Shown: positions 11,400-23,123 of the stretch, piece by piece | How positions within the stretch are numbered: position 1 is the stretch's first letter | How the letters are laid out: every line of letters starts with the position of its first letter | Source: Bacteroidota bacterium | Lineage (GTDB): Bacteria; Bacteroidota; Bacteroidia; Bacteroidales; VadinHA17 | Direction of reading: 5' to 3' | Length of the DNA stretch: 58,954 nt | Assembly (NCBI GenBank): GCA_011042635.1 | Contig: DQWH01000161.1 | Coordinates: forward strand, 1-58,954 | Translations under genes and position numbers: made by a program | The notes under the pieces: generated by a model | Seen by the model: only the letters and a program-made list of their open reading frames with translations | Database searches by the model: none | What the model was told of the DNA's origin: nothing

Positions 11400-11956
11400 T
11401 GGATTACAAACCGAATCTTCAACGGAAGTATCAGGAAGAGATCATTCCTGCCCTGCAGAAGGAATTTAATTACAAATCGGTGATGCAGGTGCCCAGGCTG
11501 AGCAAGATCGTGCTCAATCAGGGAGTTGGTCAGGCTGTGTCTGACAAGAAGCTGGTAGACGTGGCCCAGGAAGAACTGTCACTGATTGCCGGCCAGAAAG
11601 CGGTGCAAACGGTGGCTACCAAGGATATATCCAATTTCAAGCTGAGGAGAAAAATGCCCATCGGCGTAAAGGTAACCCTTCGCCGGGAGCGGATGTATGA
11701 GTTCCTTGAAAGGCTTATCAATGTGGCCCTTCCCAGAATCAGGGATTTCAAGGGAGTAAGTACCCGTTTTGACGGAAGAGGGAATTATACCATGGGCATA
11801 ACCGAACATATTATTTTTCCCGAAATCGACATTGACAAGATCAACAAGATACTGGGCGTGGAGATTACTTTTGTAACCACGGCCCATACCGACGAGGAAG
11901 GATACGCGCTGCTGCGTGAATTTGGTTTACCGTTCAAGGATATTAAAAGAAACTGA
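11399..11956 (+). CDS. rplE: 50S ribosomal protein uL5
   Basis: 185 aa in operon order, with a TAATG overlap onto rplX. Confidence 0.97.
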   Translation: MDYKPNLQRKYQEEIIPALQKEFNYKSVMQVPRLSKIVLNQGVGQAVSDKKLVDVAQEELSLIAGQKAVQTVATKDISNFKLRRKMPIGVKVTLRRERMYEFLERLINVALPRIRDFKGVSTRFDGRGNYTMGITEHIIFPEIDIDKINKILGVEITFVTTAHTDEEGYALLREFGLPFKDIKRN

Positions 11957-11958
11957 TT

Positions 11959-12228
11959 ATGGCAAAAGAATCCATGAAGGCCCGCGAGATCAAGCGGCAG
12001 AAACTGATTGACAAATATGCTGCCAAGCGTGCCAAACTGAAGGCCGAAGGGGATTATCAGGCTTTGAGCAGGCTGCCCCGGAATTCCAGCCGCATCAGGC
12101 TGCATAACCGGTGCAAGCTGACAGGACGGCCCAAGGGATATATCCGGCAGTTTGGCATTAGCCGTATTACCTTTCGTGAGATGGCCAATACCGGCTTGAT
12201 CCCGGGCATTAAAAAGGCCAGCTGGTAA
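11959..12228 (+). CDS. rpsN: 30S ribosomal protein uS14 (long, non-zinc form)
   Basis: 89 aa ending ...IPGIKKASW, with no CxxC pairs. Confidence 0.97.
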   Translation: MAKESMKAREIKRQKLIDKYAAKRAKLKAEGDYQALSRLPRNSSRIRLHNRCKLTGRPKGYIRQFGISRITFREMANTGLIPGIKKASW

Positions 12229-12269
12229 TTGATAATCAGGGTAAAAGAATTTATATAACAGGAAAGAAA

Positions 12270-12665
12270 ATGACAGACCCCATTGCAGACTATTTGACCC
12301 GGATTCGGAATGCCGTTATGGCCAGGCATAAGGTGGTAGAAATTCCGGCTTCAAATATGAAAAAGGATATCACCCGCATTCTTTATGAAAAGGGTTATAT
12401 CCTGAGTTACAAATTTGAGGAGGAAGGCCCCCAGGGTACCATCAAGATTGCCCTGAAGTACCACCCCGAAACCAAAGCCCCTGCTATTAAATCGCTGGAA
12501 AGGGCCAGCCGGCCGGGTCTCCGTAAATATGCCGGTGCCGATAAATTGCCGCGTGTGCTCAACGGGCTTGGCATTGCCGTCATTTCCACCTCGCAGGGTG
12601 TGATGACCGACAAGGAAGCCCGGGTAAAAAATATTGGCGGTGAAGTGTTGTGTTATGTTTATTAA
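12270..12665 (+). CDS. rpsH: 30S ribosomal protein uS8
   Basis: [15 protein letters not shown]..., 131 aa. Confidence 0.98.
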   Translation: MTDPIADYLTRIRNAVMARHKVVEIPASNMKKDITRILYEKGYILSYKFEEEGPQGTIKIALKYHPETKAPAIKSLERASRPGLRKYAGADKLPRVLNGLGIAVISTSQGVMTDKEARVKNIGGEVLCYVY

Positions 12666-12683
12666 AATAAAGAGGAGAAATCC

Positions 12684-13238
12684 ATGTCACGTATAGGAAA
12701 ACTGCCCATCCCCATACCATCGGGTGTTACCGTCGACATTGACGGCAACAATCAGGTGACCGTAAAAGGTCCGCTGGGAGAGCTCAAACAACAGGTTATT
12801 CCTGATATCAAAGTGCGGGTGAAGGAAGGTGAGATTGTACTGGAGAGGCCTTCCGAGGAAAGAAAACACAAAGCTCTGCACGGCCTTTACCGTTCGCTGA
12901 TCTACAATATGGTGGTGGGTGTATCGGAAGGATTTACCATTCAACAGGAACTGGTTGGCGTTGGATACCGTGCCGAGACCAATGGGCAGCTTCTGGAGCT
13001 TAGCCTGGGGTATTCACACGATATTGTGTTCGAGTTGCCGCCGGAGGTCAAGGTGGAAGCCAAAACGGAAAAAAGGAGAAATCCGGTGATCACCCTGAAG
13101 AGCCACGACAAACAACTGCTGGGTCATGTAGCCTCCAAGATACGCAGCCTCAGACCACCCGAACCATACAAAGGCAAGGGTATACGGTATGTGGGTGAAC
13201 AGGTGAGAAGGAAGGCCGGTAAAGCCGCCAGTGTATAA
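12684..13238 (+). CDS. rplF: 50S ribosomal protein uL6
   Basis: MSRIGKLPIPIPSGV..., 184 aa. Confidence 0.98.
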   Translation: MSRIGKLPIPIPSGVTVDIDGNNQVTVKGPLGELKQQVIPDIKVRVKEGEIVLERPSEERKHKALHGLYRSLIYNMVVGVSEGFTIQQELVGVGYRAETNGQLLELSLGYSHDIVFELPPEVKVEAKTEKRRNPVITLKSHDKQLLGHVASKIRSLRPPEPYKGKGIRYVGEQVRRKAGKAASV

Positions 13239-13260
13239 TCTGATAAATTAGTAAAGTAAT

Positions 13261-13620
13261 ATGGCCTTAACGAAAATAGAAAGAAGAAATCGCATCCGGA
13301 AAAGGATCAGGAAAACCATTTCCGGAAATACCCAGAAGCCCCGGATGTCGGTGTTCAGAAGCAACAAACAGATCTACGTTCAGATTATTGATGATACGGC
13401 AGGAAAAACCCTGGTGGCGGCCTCCTCCCTTGACAAGGAAGTGGCCGGAAAAGACAAGATGAAGAAAGCTGAACAGGCGCGCCTGGTGGGCAAACGGATT
13501 GCTTCCCTTTGCAAGGACAAAGGCATTGAAACGGTGGTGTTTGACCGGGGCGGATATCTTTATCACGGACGTGTAAAACAACTGGCGGAAGGAGCCAGGG
13601 AAGGTGGTTTAAAATTCTAA
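13261..13620 (+). CDS. rplR: 50S ribosomal protein uL18
   Basis: 119 aa with ...[19 protein letters not shown]... Confidence 0.97.
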   Translation: MALTKIERRNRIRKRIRKTISGNTQKPRMSVFRSNKQIYVQIIDDTAGKTLVAASSLDKEVAGKDKMKKAEQARLVGKRIASLCKDKGIETVVFDRGGYLYHGRVKQLAEGAREGGLKF

Positions 13621-13627
13621 TTATATT

Positions 13628-14143
13628 ATGGCGACAAGCATCAGAAAAGTTAAAACCAGCGATCTGGAATTAAAAGACCGGCTCGTCAGTATCCAGCGGG
13701 TTACCAAGGTAACCAAGGGCGGCCGTACCTTCAGCTTTTCTGCCATTGTGGTGGTAGGAAATGAAGACGGGATTGTGGGATATGGTCTGGGGAAAGCCAA
13801 TGAAGTGACCACGGCTATTGCCAAAGGAGTGGAAGATGCCAAGAAAAATCTAATACAGGTCCCTATTATCAACGGAACCATTCCTCATGAGCAGAAGGCC
13901 AAGTATGGAGGAGCCCGGGTATTTCTCAAGCCTGCATCCGAGGGTACAGGAGTAAAGGCAGGAGGTGCCATGCGTGCGGTGCTGGAGAGCGTGGGCGTGC
14001 ACAATGTGCTGGCCAAATCGAAAGGATCGTCCAACCCCCACAACCTGGTGAAGGCTACTTTTACCGCCCTCATGGAATTGCGGGATGCATACACCGTGGC
14101 ACAGCACAGGCGGATCCCTATGCAAAAGGTGTTTAACGGATAA
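13628..14143 (+). CDS. rpsE: 30S ribosomal protein uS5
   Basis: ...[21 protein letters not shown]..., 171 aa. Confidence 0.98.
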   Translation: MATSIRKVKTSDLELKDRLVSIQRVTKVTKGGRTFSFSAIVVVGNEDGIVGYGLGKANEVTTAIAKGVEDAKKNLIQVPIINGTIPHEQKAKYGGARVFLKPASEGTGVKAGGAMRAVLESVGVHNVLAKSKGSSNPHNLVKATFTALMELRDAYTVAQHRRIPMQKVFNG

Positions 14144-14162
14144 GAAGGAAAAATCAGACAAT

Positions 14163-14348
14163 ATGGCCAAGATCAGGATCATACAGAAAAAAAGCAGTAT
14201 CGGCAGTACCCGGCGCCAGAAACGCACCCTGCAGGCTCTGGGGCTGAGAAAGATTGACAGCACCGTGGAAGTGGAAGCAACTCCCCAGATACTGGGTATG
14301 GTGAATAAGGTGAAGCACCTGGTGACAACGGAAGAAATAAAAGCATAA
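14163..14348 (+). CDS. rpmD: 50S ribosomal protein uL30
   Basis: MAKIRIIQKKSSIGSTRRQKRTLQALGL... The tracked ORF (14085) extends upstream into rpsE, so I chose the ATG at 14163. Confidence 0.93.
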   Translation: MAKIRIIQKKSSIGSTRRQKRTLQALGLRKIDSTVEVEATPQILGMVNKVKHLVTTEEIKA

Positions 14349-14358
14349 CGACGAGAAT

Positions 14359-14808
14359 ATGACGGATTTAAGTAACTTACAACCGGCAAAAGGTTCCACC
14401 AGAAGCGAAAGGCGACTTGGACGCGGACAGGGTTCAGGCAGGGGTGGTACCGCTACCCGCGGCCACAAGGGGAAAAAGTCCCGTTCGGGCTATTCCCGTC
14501 AGGCAGGATTTGAAGGAGGGCAGATGCCTTTGCAGCGACGCCTGCCCAAATTCGGATTTCATAATATAAGGCGGGTGGAATACAAGGCGATCAACCTGAG
14601 TACTCTGGAAGCCCTAGCTGAGAAGAAAGGTGTCGACAGGATCGATGTACAGACCCTGGTGGAAGCCGGACTGGCTTCCAGAAACCAGATGGTCAAGATC
14701 CTGGGGAACGGGAAACTGACCCGGAAACTCGAAGTTACCGCACATGCCTTTTCAAAATCGGCCCGGGAGGCCATCGAAGCTTTGGACGGAACCGCAGTAA
14801 AATTGTAA
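14359..14808 (+). CDS. rplO: 50S ribosomal protein uL15
   Basis: 149 aa with a Gly/Arg-rich N-terminus (GRGQGSGRGGTATRGHKG). Confidence 0.97.
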   Translation: MTDLSNLQPAKGSTRSERRLGRGQGSGRGGTATRGHKGKKSRSGYSRQAGFEGGQMPLQRRLPKFGFHNIRRVEYKAINLSTLEALAEKKGVDRIDVQTLVEAGLASRNQMVKILGNGKLTRKLEVTAHAFSKSAREAIEALDGTAVKL

Positions 14809-14812
14809 TTGG

Positions 14813-16150
14813 ATGAAATCATTCATTGAGACCATAAAAAATATCTACAAGATTGAAGATCTACGCAACCGGATCACATACACCCTGGGTATCCTGTTAA
14901 TTTACCGTCTGGGATCCTATGTGGTGCTTCCGGGGGTGGATCCCAGTCAGCTGGAAGCTCTTCAGAGGCAAACTTCCGAGGGAATCCTTGGGTTGCTGAA
15001 CATGTTTTCAGGAGGAGCCTTTGCCAATGCTTCCATTTTTGCCCTGGGGATCATGCCCTATATTTCCGCATCCATCGTTGTGCAGTTGCTTACCATTGCC
15101 GTGCCTTATTTTCAGCGCATGCAGCGTGAAGGGGAAAGCGGGAGGAGGAAAATGAACCAGATCACCCGGTATCTTACGGTACTGATTCTGGTGGTCCAGG
15201 CTCCAACCTACCTGGCCAACCTTCATGCCCAGCTGCCTGAATCGGCTTTTGTGCTCAAGGGGGTATTCTTTCAGGTCTCATCGGTGATCATCCTTACGTC
15301 GGGTACCATGTTTGTGATGTGGCTGGGTGAAAGGATTACCGACAAGGGAATCGGGAACGGTATATCCCTGATCATTATGATCGGGATCATCGCCCGCATG
15401 CCTTTTGCCCTGTTTGCCGAATTCATATCACGTCTTGACGGGGCCGGCGGACTGGTGGCATTTCTCATGGAGATCGTGATCCTGTTCATGGTGTTTATGG
15501 GAACCATCTTGCTGGTGCAGGGAACCCGGCGGATACCCGTGCAGTATGCCAAACGGATTGTAGGGAACAAGCAGTACGGAGGAGTAAGACAGTATATTCC
15601 CCTGAAGGTGAATGCTGCCGGGGTGATGCCTATCATCTTTGCCCAGGCGCTGATGTTCATTCCCATGATGTTTATCAATTATGCCTCCGCCGATTCCATA
15701 AGAGGTTTTGCCGCAGCTTTTACAAACCCTTACGGATTCTTTTATAATCTGCTGATGGCCATTATGATCATTCTGTTTACCTATTTTTATACGGCCATTA
15801 CCATTAACCCCACCCAAATGGCGGAAGATATGAAGAAAAACGGAGGCTTTATTCCCGGGGTGAAACCAGGCCGGAAAACCGTGGAATTTCTCGACACCAT
15901 CATGTCGAGAATCACACTGCCCGGCTCCATATTCCTTGCCCTGGTGGCCATTATGCCCACTTTTGCCGCCCTGCTGGGAGTAAACGGGCAGTTCGCCCAG
16001 TTCTACGGGGGAACATCTCTACTGATCCTGGTGGGGGTTATCCTCGATACCCTGCAGCAGGTGGAAAGTCATTTGCTGATGAGGCATTACGACGGTCTGA
16101 TGAAAACAGGCAGAATAAAAGGGCGGACCGGCTCTGCCGCCGCCATATAA
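14813..16150 (+). CDS. secY: Preprotein translocase subunit SecY
   Basis: 445 aa polytopic membrane protein in the canonical spc operon position. Confidence 0.97.
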   Translation: MKSFIETIKNIYKIEDLRNRITYTLGILLIYRLGSYVVLPGVDPSQLEALQRQTSEGILGLLNMFSGGAFANASIFALGIMPYISASIVVQLLTIAVPYFQRMQREGESGRRKMNQITRYLTVLILVVQAPTYLANLHAQLPESAFVLKGVFFQVSSVIILTSGTMFVMWLGERITDKGIGNGISLIIMIGIIARMPFALFAEFISRLDGAGGLVAFLMEIVILFMVFMGTILLVQGTRRIPVQYAKRIVGNKQYGGVRQYIPLKVNAAGVMPIIFAQALMFIPMMFINYASADSIRGFAAAFTNPYGFFYNLLMAIMIILFTYFYTAITINPTQMAEDMKKNGGFIPGVKPGRKTVEFLDTIMSRITLPGSIFLALVAIMPTFAALLGVNGQFAQFYGGTSLLILVGVILDTLQQVESHLLMRHYDGLMKTGRIKGRTGSAAAI

Positions 16151-16163
16151 TCGCAGTTGTTCT

Positions 16164-16952
16164 TTGATGTTGAAGAATATACGTTCGGAAGAAGAAATCG
16201 CGCTGATCAGGGAAAGCAACCTTCTGGTGTCAAAAACCCTGGCGGAAGTGGCCGGGTGGATACGACCCGGAATCACCACCCTGGAACTAGACCGGATTGC
16301 CGAGCAGTTTATACGTGACCACGGGGCAGAACCGGGGTTCAAGGGGTACAACGGATATCCCAATACCCTCTGTACTTCGGTCAATAGTGAGGTAGTGCAC
16401 GGTATTCCTTCTTCTTACGAGCTGAAAGAGGGTGATATAGTATCGGTTGATTGTGGGGTGTTCTGGAACGGGTATTACGGGGATACGGCCTTTACCTTTG
16501 AAGTGGGAGAAGTTAGTGAAGAGGTGAAAAAGTTGCTGAGAATTACCCGGGAAGCACTGATGAAAGGCATTGAGCAGGCCGTGGCGGGAAAGAGAGTGGG
16601 AGATATCAGTTTTGCAGTTCAGCACCATGCCGAATCAGCCGGATATTCTGTGGTAAGAGAACTGGTGGGTCACGGGCTGGGGAAGAAGCTGCATGAGCCT
16701 CCTGAAGTACCCAATTACGGAAACCGGGGCCAGGGGGTGAAGCTGAGAAAAGGCCTGGTGATATGCATCGAACCTATGATCAATATGGGTGGAAAGCATA
16801 TCCTGGGTGAAAAGGACGGATGGACCATCAGAACGGCCGATAATTTGCCTTCTGCCCATTTCGAACTGGCAGTGGCGGTGGATGAGAAAAAGGCAGATGT
16901 GTTGTCAACATTCAGGTTTATAGAAGAAATTCTTGAACAAAAAAACAAATAA
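16164..16952 (+). CDS. map: Type I methionine aminopeptidase
   Basis: VHGIP, DCGV..NGYYGD, HGLG and EPMI metal-ligand regions. It follows secY with no adk. The tracked start is TTG 16164; ATG 16167 is equally likely. Confidence 0.95.
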   Translation: MMLKNIRSEEEIALIRESNLLVSKTLAEVAGWIRPGITTLELDRIAEQFIRDHGAEPGFKGYNGYPNTLCTSVNSEVVHGIPSSYELKEGDIVSVDCGVFWNGYYGDTAFTFEVGEVSEEVKKLLRITREALMKGIEQAVAGKRVGDISFAVQHHAESAGYSVVRELVGHGLGKKLHEPPEVPNYGNRGQGVKLRKGLVICIEPMINMGGKHILGEKDGWTIRTADNLPSAHFELAVAVDEKKADVLSTFRFIEEILEQKNK

Positions 16953-16954
16953 GT

Positions 16955-17173
16955 ATGCCTAAACAACCATCTATCGAACAGGACGGCACAATCATTGAAG
17001 CTCTTTCCAATGCCATGTTCCGGGTGGAACTGGAAAACGGTCATGTGATCACGGCGCATATCTCCGGAAAGATGCGGATGAATTATATCAAGATTCTTCC
17101 GGGCGACCGTGTGAAAGTGGAGATGTCGCCCTACGATTTGACCAAGGGACGAATAACATTCAGGTACAAATAG
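16955..17173 (+). CDS. infA: Translation initiation factor IF-1
   Basis: 72 aa with ...[28 protein letters not shown]... Confidence 0.97.
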   Translation: MPKQPSIEQDGTIIEALSNAMFRVELENGHVITAHISGKMRMNYIKILPGDRVKVEMSPYDLTKGRITFRYK

Positions 17174-17194
17174 AAATATTAGATTGAGGAACCG

Positions 17195-17311
17195 ATGAAA
17201 GTAAAAGCTTCAGTGAAAAAACGCAGCGCCGACTGCAAAATTGTCAGGCGCAAGGGACGGTTGTACGTCATCAACAAGAAAAATCCCAAGTTCAAACAGC
17301 GTCAGGGATAG
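17195..17311 (+). CDS. rpmJ: 50S ribosomal protein bL36 (zinc-ligand-poor form)
   Basis: Not in the ORF track (38 aa). Hand translation gives [38 protein letters not shown] then TAG, in the canonical position between infA and rpsM. Confidence 0.92.
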   Translation: MKVKASVKKRSADCKIVRRKGRLYVINKKNPKFKQRQG

Positions 17312-17345
17312 GAAGATGAATTTTCAATAATAATGCAATATATCT

Positions 17346-17723
17346 ATGGCTAGAATTGTCGGAGTAGATTTACCAAAAAACAAGCGGGGTGAAATTGGTC
17401 TGACCTATATCTACGGAATTGGCAGATCATCCGCTCAGAAAATCCTGGCCCAGGCCGGCGTGGATAAGGATATGAAAGTAAAAGACTGGACCGATGAACA
17501 GATAACCCGGATCCGTTCCATTCTGAACGAACAGTATAAGGTGGAAGGGGAATTGAGATCCTCTGTTCAGATGAATATCAAACGACTGATGGATATCGGT
17601 TGTTACCGAGGGATAAGGCACCGTACCGGTATGCCGGTAAGGGGACAACGTACCCAGACCAATGCCCGTACCCGGAAAGGAAGAAAGAAAACCGTTGCCA
17701 ACAAAAAGAAAGCGACCAAATAA
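17346..17723 (+). CDS. rpsM: 30S ribosomal protein uS13
   Basis: [14 protein letters not shown]..., 125 aa. Confidence 0.98.
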   Translation: MARIVGVDLPKNKRGEIGLTYIYGIGRSSAQKILAQAGVDKDMKVKDWTDEQITRIRSILNEQYKVEGELRSSVQMNIKRLMDIGCYRGIRHRTGMPVRGQRTQTNARTRKGRKKTVANKKKATK

Positions 17724-17730
17724 TTGAATT

Positions 17731-18120
17731 ATGGCTAAGAAAAAAGGAACAACGAGGAAAAAAGTGGTGAAGATCGAGCCCATTGGTCAGGCTCATATCC
17801 ATGCTTCGTTCAACAATATTATCATTTCCCTTACCAACAATTCGGGGCAGGTTATCTCCTGGTCTTCCGCCGGGAAAATGGGTTTCCGGGGATCGAAGAA
17901 AAATACTCCGTACGCTGCCCAGATGGCTGCGGCCGATTGTGCCAAGGTAGCATATGACCTGGGATTGCGTAAAGTGAAGGTGTTTGTAAAGGGACCCGGA
18001 TCGGGAAGGGAAAGTGCTATCAGAACCATCCATTCTTCCGGCATTGAAGTCACAGAAATTGTGGATGTTACCCCCATTCCCCATAACGGATGCCGGCCAT
18101 CCAAGAGAAGGAGAGTATAA
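17731..18120 (+). CDS. rpsK: 30S ribosomal protein uS11
   Basis: 129 aa with ...[15 protein letters not shown]... and ...[13 protein letters not shown]. Confidence 0.98.
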   Translation: MAKKKGTTRKKVVKIEPIGQAHIHASFNNIIISLTNNSGQVISWSSAGKMGFRGSKKNTPYAAQMAAADCAKVAYDLGLRKVKVFVKGPGSGRESAIRTIHSSGIEVTEIVDVTPIPHNGCRPSKRRRV

Positions 18121-18141
18121 ACGAAAACAAACGGTAGATTC

Positions 18142-18750
18142 ATGGCAAGATATAGAGGACCCAGAACAAAAATTGCCCGGAAATTCGGTGATCCGATCTT
18201 CGGGCCCGACCGATCATTTGAAAAGAAAAATTATCCGCCGGGATTCCATGGCCAGAACAAAAGAAGGAGAAAACTATCCGAATACGGTATTCAGCTTAAG
18301 GAAAAGCAAAAGGCCAAATATACCTATGGGATCCTGGAAAAACAATTCCGTAATCTGTTTGAACATGCCTCCAGGGCCAAGGGTGTAACCGGTGAGGTGC
18401 TGCTCCAGATGCTCGAGTCAAGGCTTGATAATGTGGTGTACCGCTTGGGCATTGCCCCTACCCGTACCGCAGCCCGGCAGCTTGTCAGCCACCGGCATAT
18501 TACGGTGAACGGGGAGGTGGTTAATGTACCGTCTTTCCTCCTGAAACCCGGCGATATCATTGGTGTGAGGGAAAAATCAAAATCGCTGGCTGCCATTACC
18601 GAATCGCTGCAGGGGGCCAATCGCTCCCGGTACAGCTGGTTGGAGTGGGACCAATCGCAAATGGCGGGAAAATTTATGAGCGTACCGGAACGTAGTGATA
18701 TTCCTGAAAATATCAAGGAACAACTGATCGTTGAACTGTATTCAAAATAA
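18142..18750 (+). CDS. rpsD: 30S ribosomal protein uS4
   Basis: [16 protein letters not shown]..., 202 aa. Confidence 0.98.
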   Translation: MARYRGPRTKIARKFGDPIFGPDRSFEKKNYPPGFHGQNKRRRKLSEYGIQLKEKQKAKYTYGILEKQFRNLFEHASRAKGVTGEVLLQMLESRLDNVVYRLGIAPTRTAARQLVSHRHITVNGEVVNVPSFLLKPGDIIGVREKSKSLAAITESLQGANRSRYSWLEWDQSQMAGKFMSVPERSDIPENIKEQLIVELYSK

Positions 18751-18768
18751 AAATCCAATTCACGCTTT

Positions 18769-19761
18769 ATGGCTATTCTTGCATTTCAGAAACCCGATAA
18801 GGTAATTATGGTGGAAACAACCGGCTCCTTCGGGAAGTTCGAGTTCAGGCCACTGGAACCAGGTTACGGTATTACCGTCGGGAATGCTCTCAGACGTATT
18901 CTATTGTCTTCCCTCGAAGGGTATGCCTTTACCACCCTCAAAATTGAAGGAGTGGAACATGAGTTTTCCACTATCAAGGGGGTAATGGAAGATGTAACCG
19001 AAATAGTACTCAACCTGAAACAGGTCAGGTTCAAGAAACTGATTGATGAAATTGAAGATGAAAAACTTGTGGTGAATATTTCCGGTCAGTCGGTTTTCAA
19101 AGCCGGTGACCTGAACAAGTTCCTCAGCGGGTTCGAGGTGCTAAACCCCGATCAGCTGATCTGCCACCTGGAACCCGATGTGAAACTGCAGATGGAACTT
19201 ACCATACAGAAAGGCCGCGGGTATGTTCCTGCCGAGGAGAACAAGCCGGTTGAGGCAGAGTTCGGACTGATCCCCCTGGATTCCATTTTTACACCCATCA
19301 AGAATGTGAAATATACGGTGGAGAACTACAGGGTGGAGCAGAAAACCGACTATGAAAAACTGCTGATCGAAATCACTACCGACGGATCGATCCATCCCAA
19401 GGATGCTCTGAAGGAAGCTGCCAAAATACTGATCTATCATTTTATGTTGTTCTCTGACGAAAAAATCACCCTTGATTCGGATGAGAAATTCGCCAACGAG
19501 GAGTTCGATGAGGAAATTCTGCATATGCGGCAATTGCTGAAGACCAAACTGGTTGATCTGGATCTTTCCGTCAGGGCACTGAACTGCCTTAAGGCAGCAG
19601 AAGTGGAAACCCTGGGCGATCTGGTGAAGTTCAACAGGAACGATCTGCTGAAATTCAGGAATTTCGGGAAAAAATCGCTCACCGAACTGGATGAACTTCT
19701 GGAAAGCATGAACCTGAATTTCGGGATGGATACTAGCAAGTATAAATTAGACAAGGATTAG
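18769..19761 (+). CDS. rpoA: DNA-directed RNA polymerase subunit alpha
   Basis: 330 aa. The N-terminal assembly domain and C-terminal [10 protein letters not shown] helix-hairpin-helix region are present. Confidence 0.97.
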   Translation: MAILAFQKPDKVIMVETTGSFGKFEFRPLEPGYGITVGNALRRILLSSLEGYAFTTLKIEGVEHEFSTIKGVMEDVTEIVLNLKQVRFKKLIDEIEDEKLVVNISGQSVFKAGDLNKFLSGFEVLNPDQLICHLEPDVKLQMELTIQKGRGYVPAEENKPVEAEFGLIPLDSIFTPIKNVKYTVENYRVEQKTDYEKLLIEITTDGSIHPKDALKEAAKILIYHFMLFSDEKITLDSDEKFANEEFDEEILHMRQLLKTKLVDLDLSVRALNCLKAAEVETLGDLVKFNRNDLLKFRNFGKKSLTELDELLESMNLNFGMDTSKYKLDKD

Positions 19762-19765
19762 GAAA

Positions 19766-20506
19766 ATGAGACACAGGAAAGGTTTTAATCATCTGAGCAG
19801 AACCAGTTCGCACCGCAAGGCCATGCTGGCCAATATGGCCAGTTCGCTGATCATTCATAAACGCATTACCACTACCACGGCAAAGGCCAAGGCCCTGCGA
19901 ACCTACGTGGAACCACTGATCACCCGTTCAAAAGAAGATACGACCCACTCGCGCAGGGTGGTGTTCAGTTATTTGCAGGACAAGAATGCGGTTACAGAAT
20001 TGTTCCGCGAAGTGGCTGCCAAAGTGGGTGACCGGCCCGGGGGATATACCCGGATCCTGAAAATAGGGAACAGGCTGGGAGACAATGCCGATATGTGCGT
20101 GATAGAACTGGTGGATTACAATGAAGCTATGCTGGGTACGGAAGAGCCGAAACAGAAAACTACCCGCCGCAGGAGAGGAGGGAAGAAAAAACAGGAAAGT
20201 ATGCCGGCTCGGAAAGGAAAAAGTGAGGAAGCAAAAACTACAGCTGAGAAGGAAGAAAAGCCCGCAGCTACCGTAAAGGAAAAGGAAATGCCGGAAGCAT
20301 CTGCCGGCCAGAACGAAAAGGAACCTGTTGCCGAAACGGAAACCGTGACCGAAGAACAGCAGCCGGAAGCGGAAGCAAAGCCGGTGGAAGAGAAAGAAGA
20401 AAAGCAACCCCTTGCGGCGCAGACAAAAGAAACAGAAACAGAGAAAGAAGAAAATACTGAACCCTCCGGTGGCCGGAAGGAAGATGAGGAGAAGAAGGAA
20501 TCATGA
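19766..20506 (+). CDS. rplQ: 50S ribosomal protein bL17 with a ~125-aa Glu/Lys/Thr-rich C-terminal extension
   Basis: [20 protein letters not shown]... The core ends near residue 120 (VIELVDYNE). The remainder (about 20126..20503) is a low-complexity acidic/basic tail. Confidence 0.95.
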   Translation: MRHRKGFNHLSRTSSHRKAMLANMASSLIIHKRITTTTAKAKALRTYVEPLITRSKEDTTHSRRVVFSYLQDKNAVTELFREVAAKVGDRPGGYTRILKIGNRLGDNADMCVIELVDYNEAMLGTEEPKQKTTRRRRGGKKKQESMPARKGKSEEAKTTAEKEEKPAATVKEKEMPEASAGQNEKEPVAETETVTEEQQPEAEAKPVEEKEEKQPLAAQTKETETEKEENTEPSGGRKEDEEKKES

Positions 20507-20530
20507 GGGGTGGATGACAAAAACCAAAAA

Positions 20531-20562
20531 GGGACGGGACATATTGTCCGGTCCCTTTTTTT
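20531..20562 (+). terminator. Rho-independent terminator after rplQ
   Basis: GGGACGGGACA-tat-TGTCCGGTCCC hairpin (one mismatch) followed by T7. Confidence 0.8.
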
Positions 20563-20593
20563 GTTGTATTTTTAACGGCTCATTAAAAATTAA

Positions 20594-21904
<1,311 letters not shown>

Positions 21905-21930
21905 AAATTTTTCCGTACAGGGTTGTTAGT

Positions 21931-21959
21931 AAGGATGGCCGGCAGCCATCCTTTTTTTT
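21931..21959 (+). terminator. Rho-independent terminator after eno
   Basis: AAGGATGGC-cggca-GCCATCCTT hairpin running into a T8 tract. Confidence 0.8.
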
Positions 21960-22048
21960 CCCCCGGTGGACACAGTCCGTTACCATAGGAAATATAATTA
22001 ATCATTAGTAATTTTTATGTAATACTCTAGTTTAACCTCCCCTGCGCC

Positions 22049-23018
22049 TTGCGGTCGCAGGTACCCAGGCATGTGTTCGATGTGAACGATGCTATGCCCC
22101 TGACAGCCAAGCTAATGATCCTCTTCGGCGCGGCCATTATAGCCATGGCCACAGAATCACGTTTTCAGAAGGCATATCATGAAGGGATCAGCAAAAAGGA
22201 CATCTGGGAACCCGCCTTTGAAGATGTGATGAATCTGGTGGCCCGGTTACCCCGCATTGCTTCTTATATCTACCGAAGACTGTACCAACAGAATGTGCAG
22301 ATAGAAGCCGACCATTACCTCGACCGGGCCGGTAATTTTGCACACATGATGGGGTACGACAATGAAGAGGTGAAAACGGTTGTTTCGTATGTATCTGTAC
22401 ATACATGCCGACCACGAAGGAGGGAATGCGTCGGCCCATACCACTCATCTGGTGGGATCGGCACTCTGCAATCCCTATTATGCTTTCGGGGAAGCAATGG
22501 CCGGGCTGGCAGGACCCCTGCACGGACTGGCTAACCAGGAAGTGATCAGATGGCTGCAGAAAACGATGGAAGAAATAGGTTGTGTGTGTGATTCCAGGGA
22601 AAGGATACGTGAATATGTGGTGAAGACCATTGAAGCAGGAAGAGCGGTGCCGGGGTACGGACATGCGGTGCTGAGAAAGACTGATCTGCGATTTCTGGTG
22701 CAGCGTGAATTTGCCCTGAAATACCTGCCTGACAATCCCCTGATCCAGGCGGTGGGATGTCTGTATGAGGTAGTGCACGAAGTATTGAAAACCTATCAGA
22801 AGATCAAAAATCTCTGGCCCAATGTAGATGCTCATTCCGGGGCCCTGTTGTTGGCATACGGTATCAAGGAAGACGATTTTTATACTGTGCTGTTCAGTGT
22901 TTCAAGGGCTCAGGGTGTGTTTTCCCGGTTGGTGCGGGACCGGGTTTTTTGCCTTCCCATTGAAAGAACCTTATCCCAAACTATTGAATGGTTTATGGAG
23001 CAGGCAGAAAAAAGATGA
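22049..23018 (+). pseudogene. gltA: Citrate synthase (eukaryote-like type) remnant, 5'-truncated and frameshifted
   Basis: Two overlapping ORFs (22049..22534, 22380..23018) together read as the C-terminal ~55-60% of citrate synthase (HADHEGGN, GLAGPLHGLANQE, PGYGHAVLRKTD, NVDAHSG). The frames join across the A4 run at 22373..22376. No N-terminal ~180 aa is present; the eno terminator lies only about 90 bp upstream. Confidence 0.8.
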
Positions 23019-23123
23019 TCAGAAACCTGTTTTATTCTCCCGTTTGGTGATATATATTATGGTGATTGGGCATTCCTGTGGGTTGGGAATAATGCCAAAT
23101 AGTGCTAATTTCGTCACATAACC

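Noticed and set aside
19928-20520. Two antisense ORFs (19928..20407 and 20116..20520) and ORF 20268..20504 over the rplQ tail.
   Set aside because: They are the complement of a purine-rich GAA/AAG low-complexity coding tract, which stays open in several frames by composition alone.
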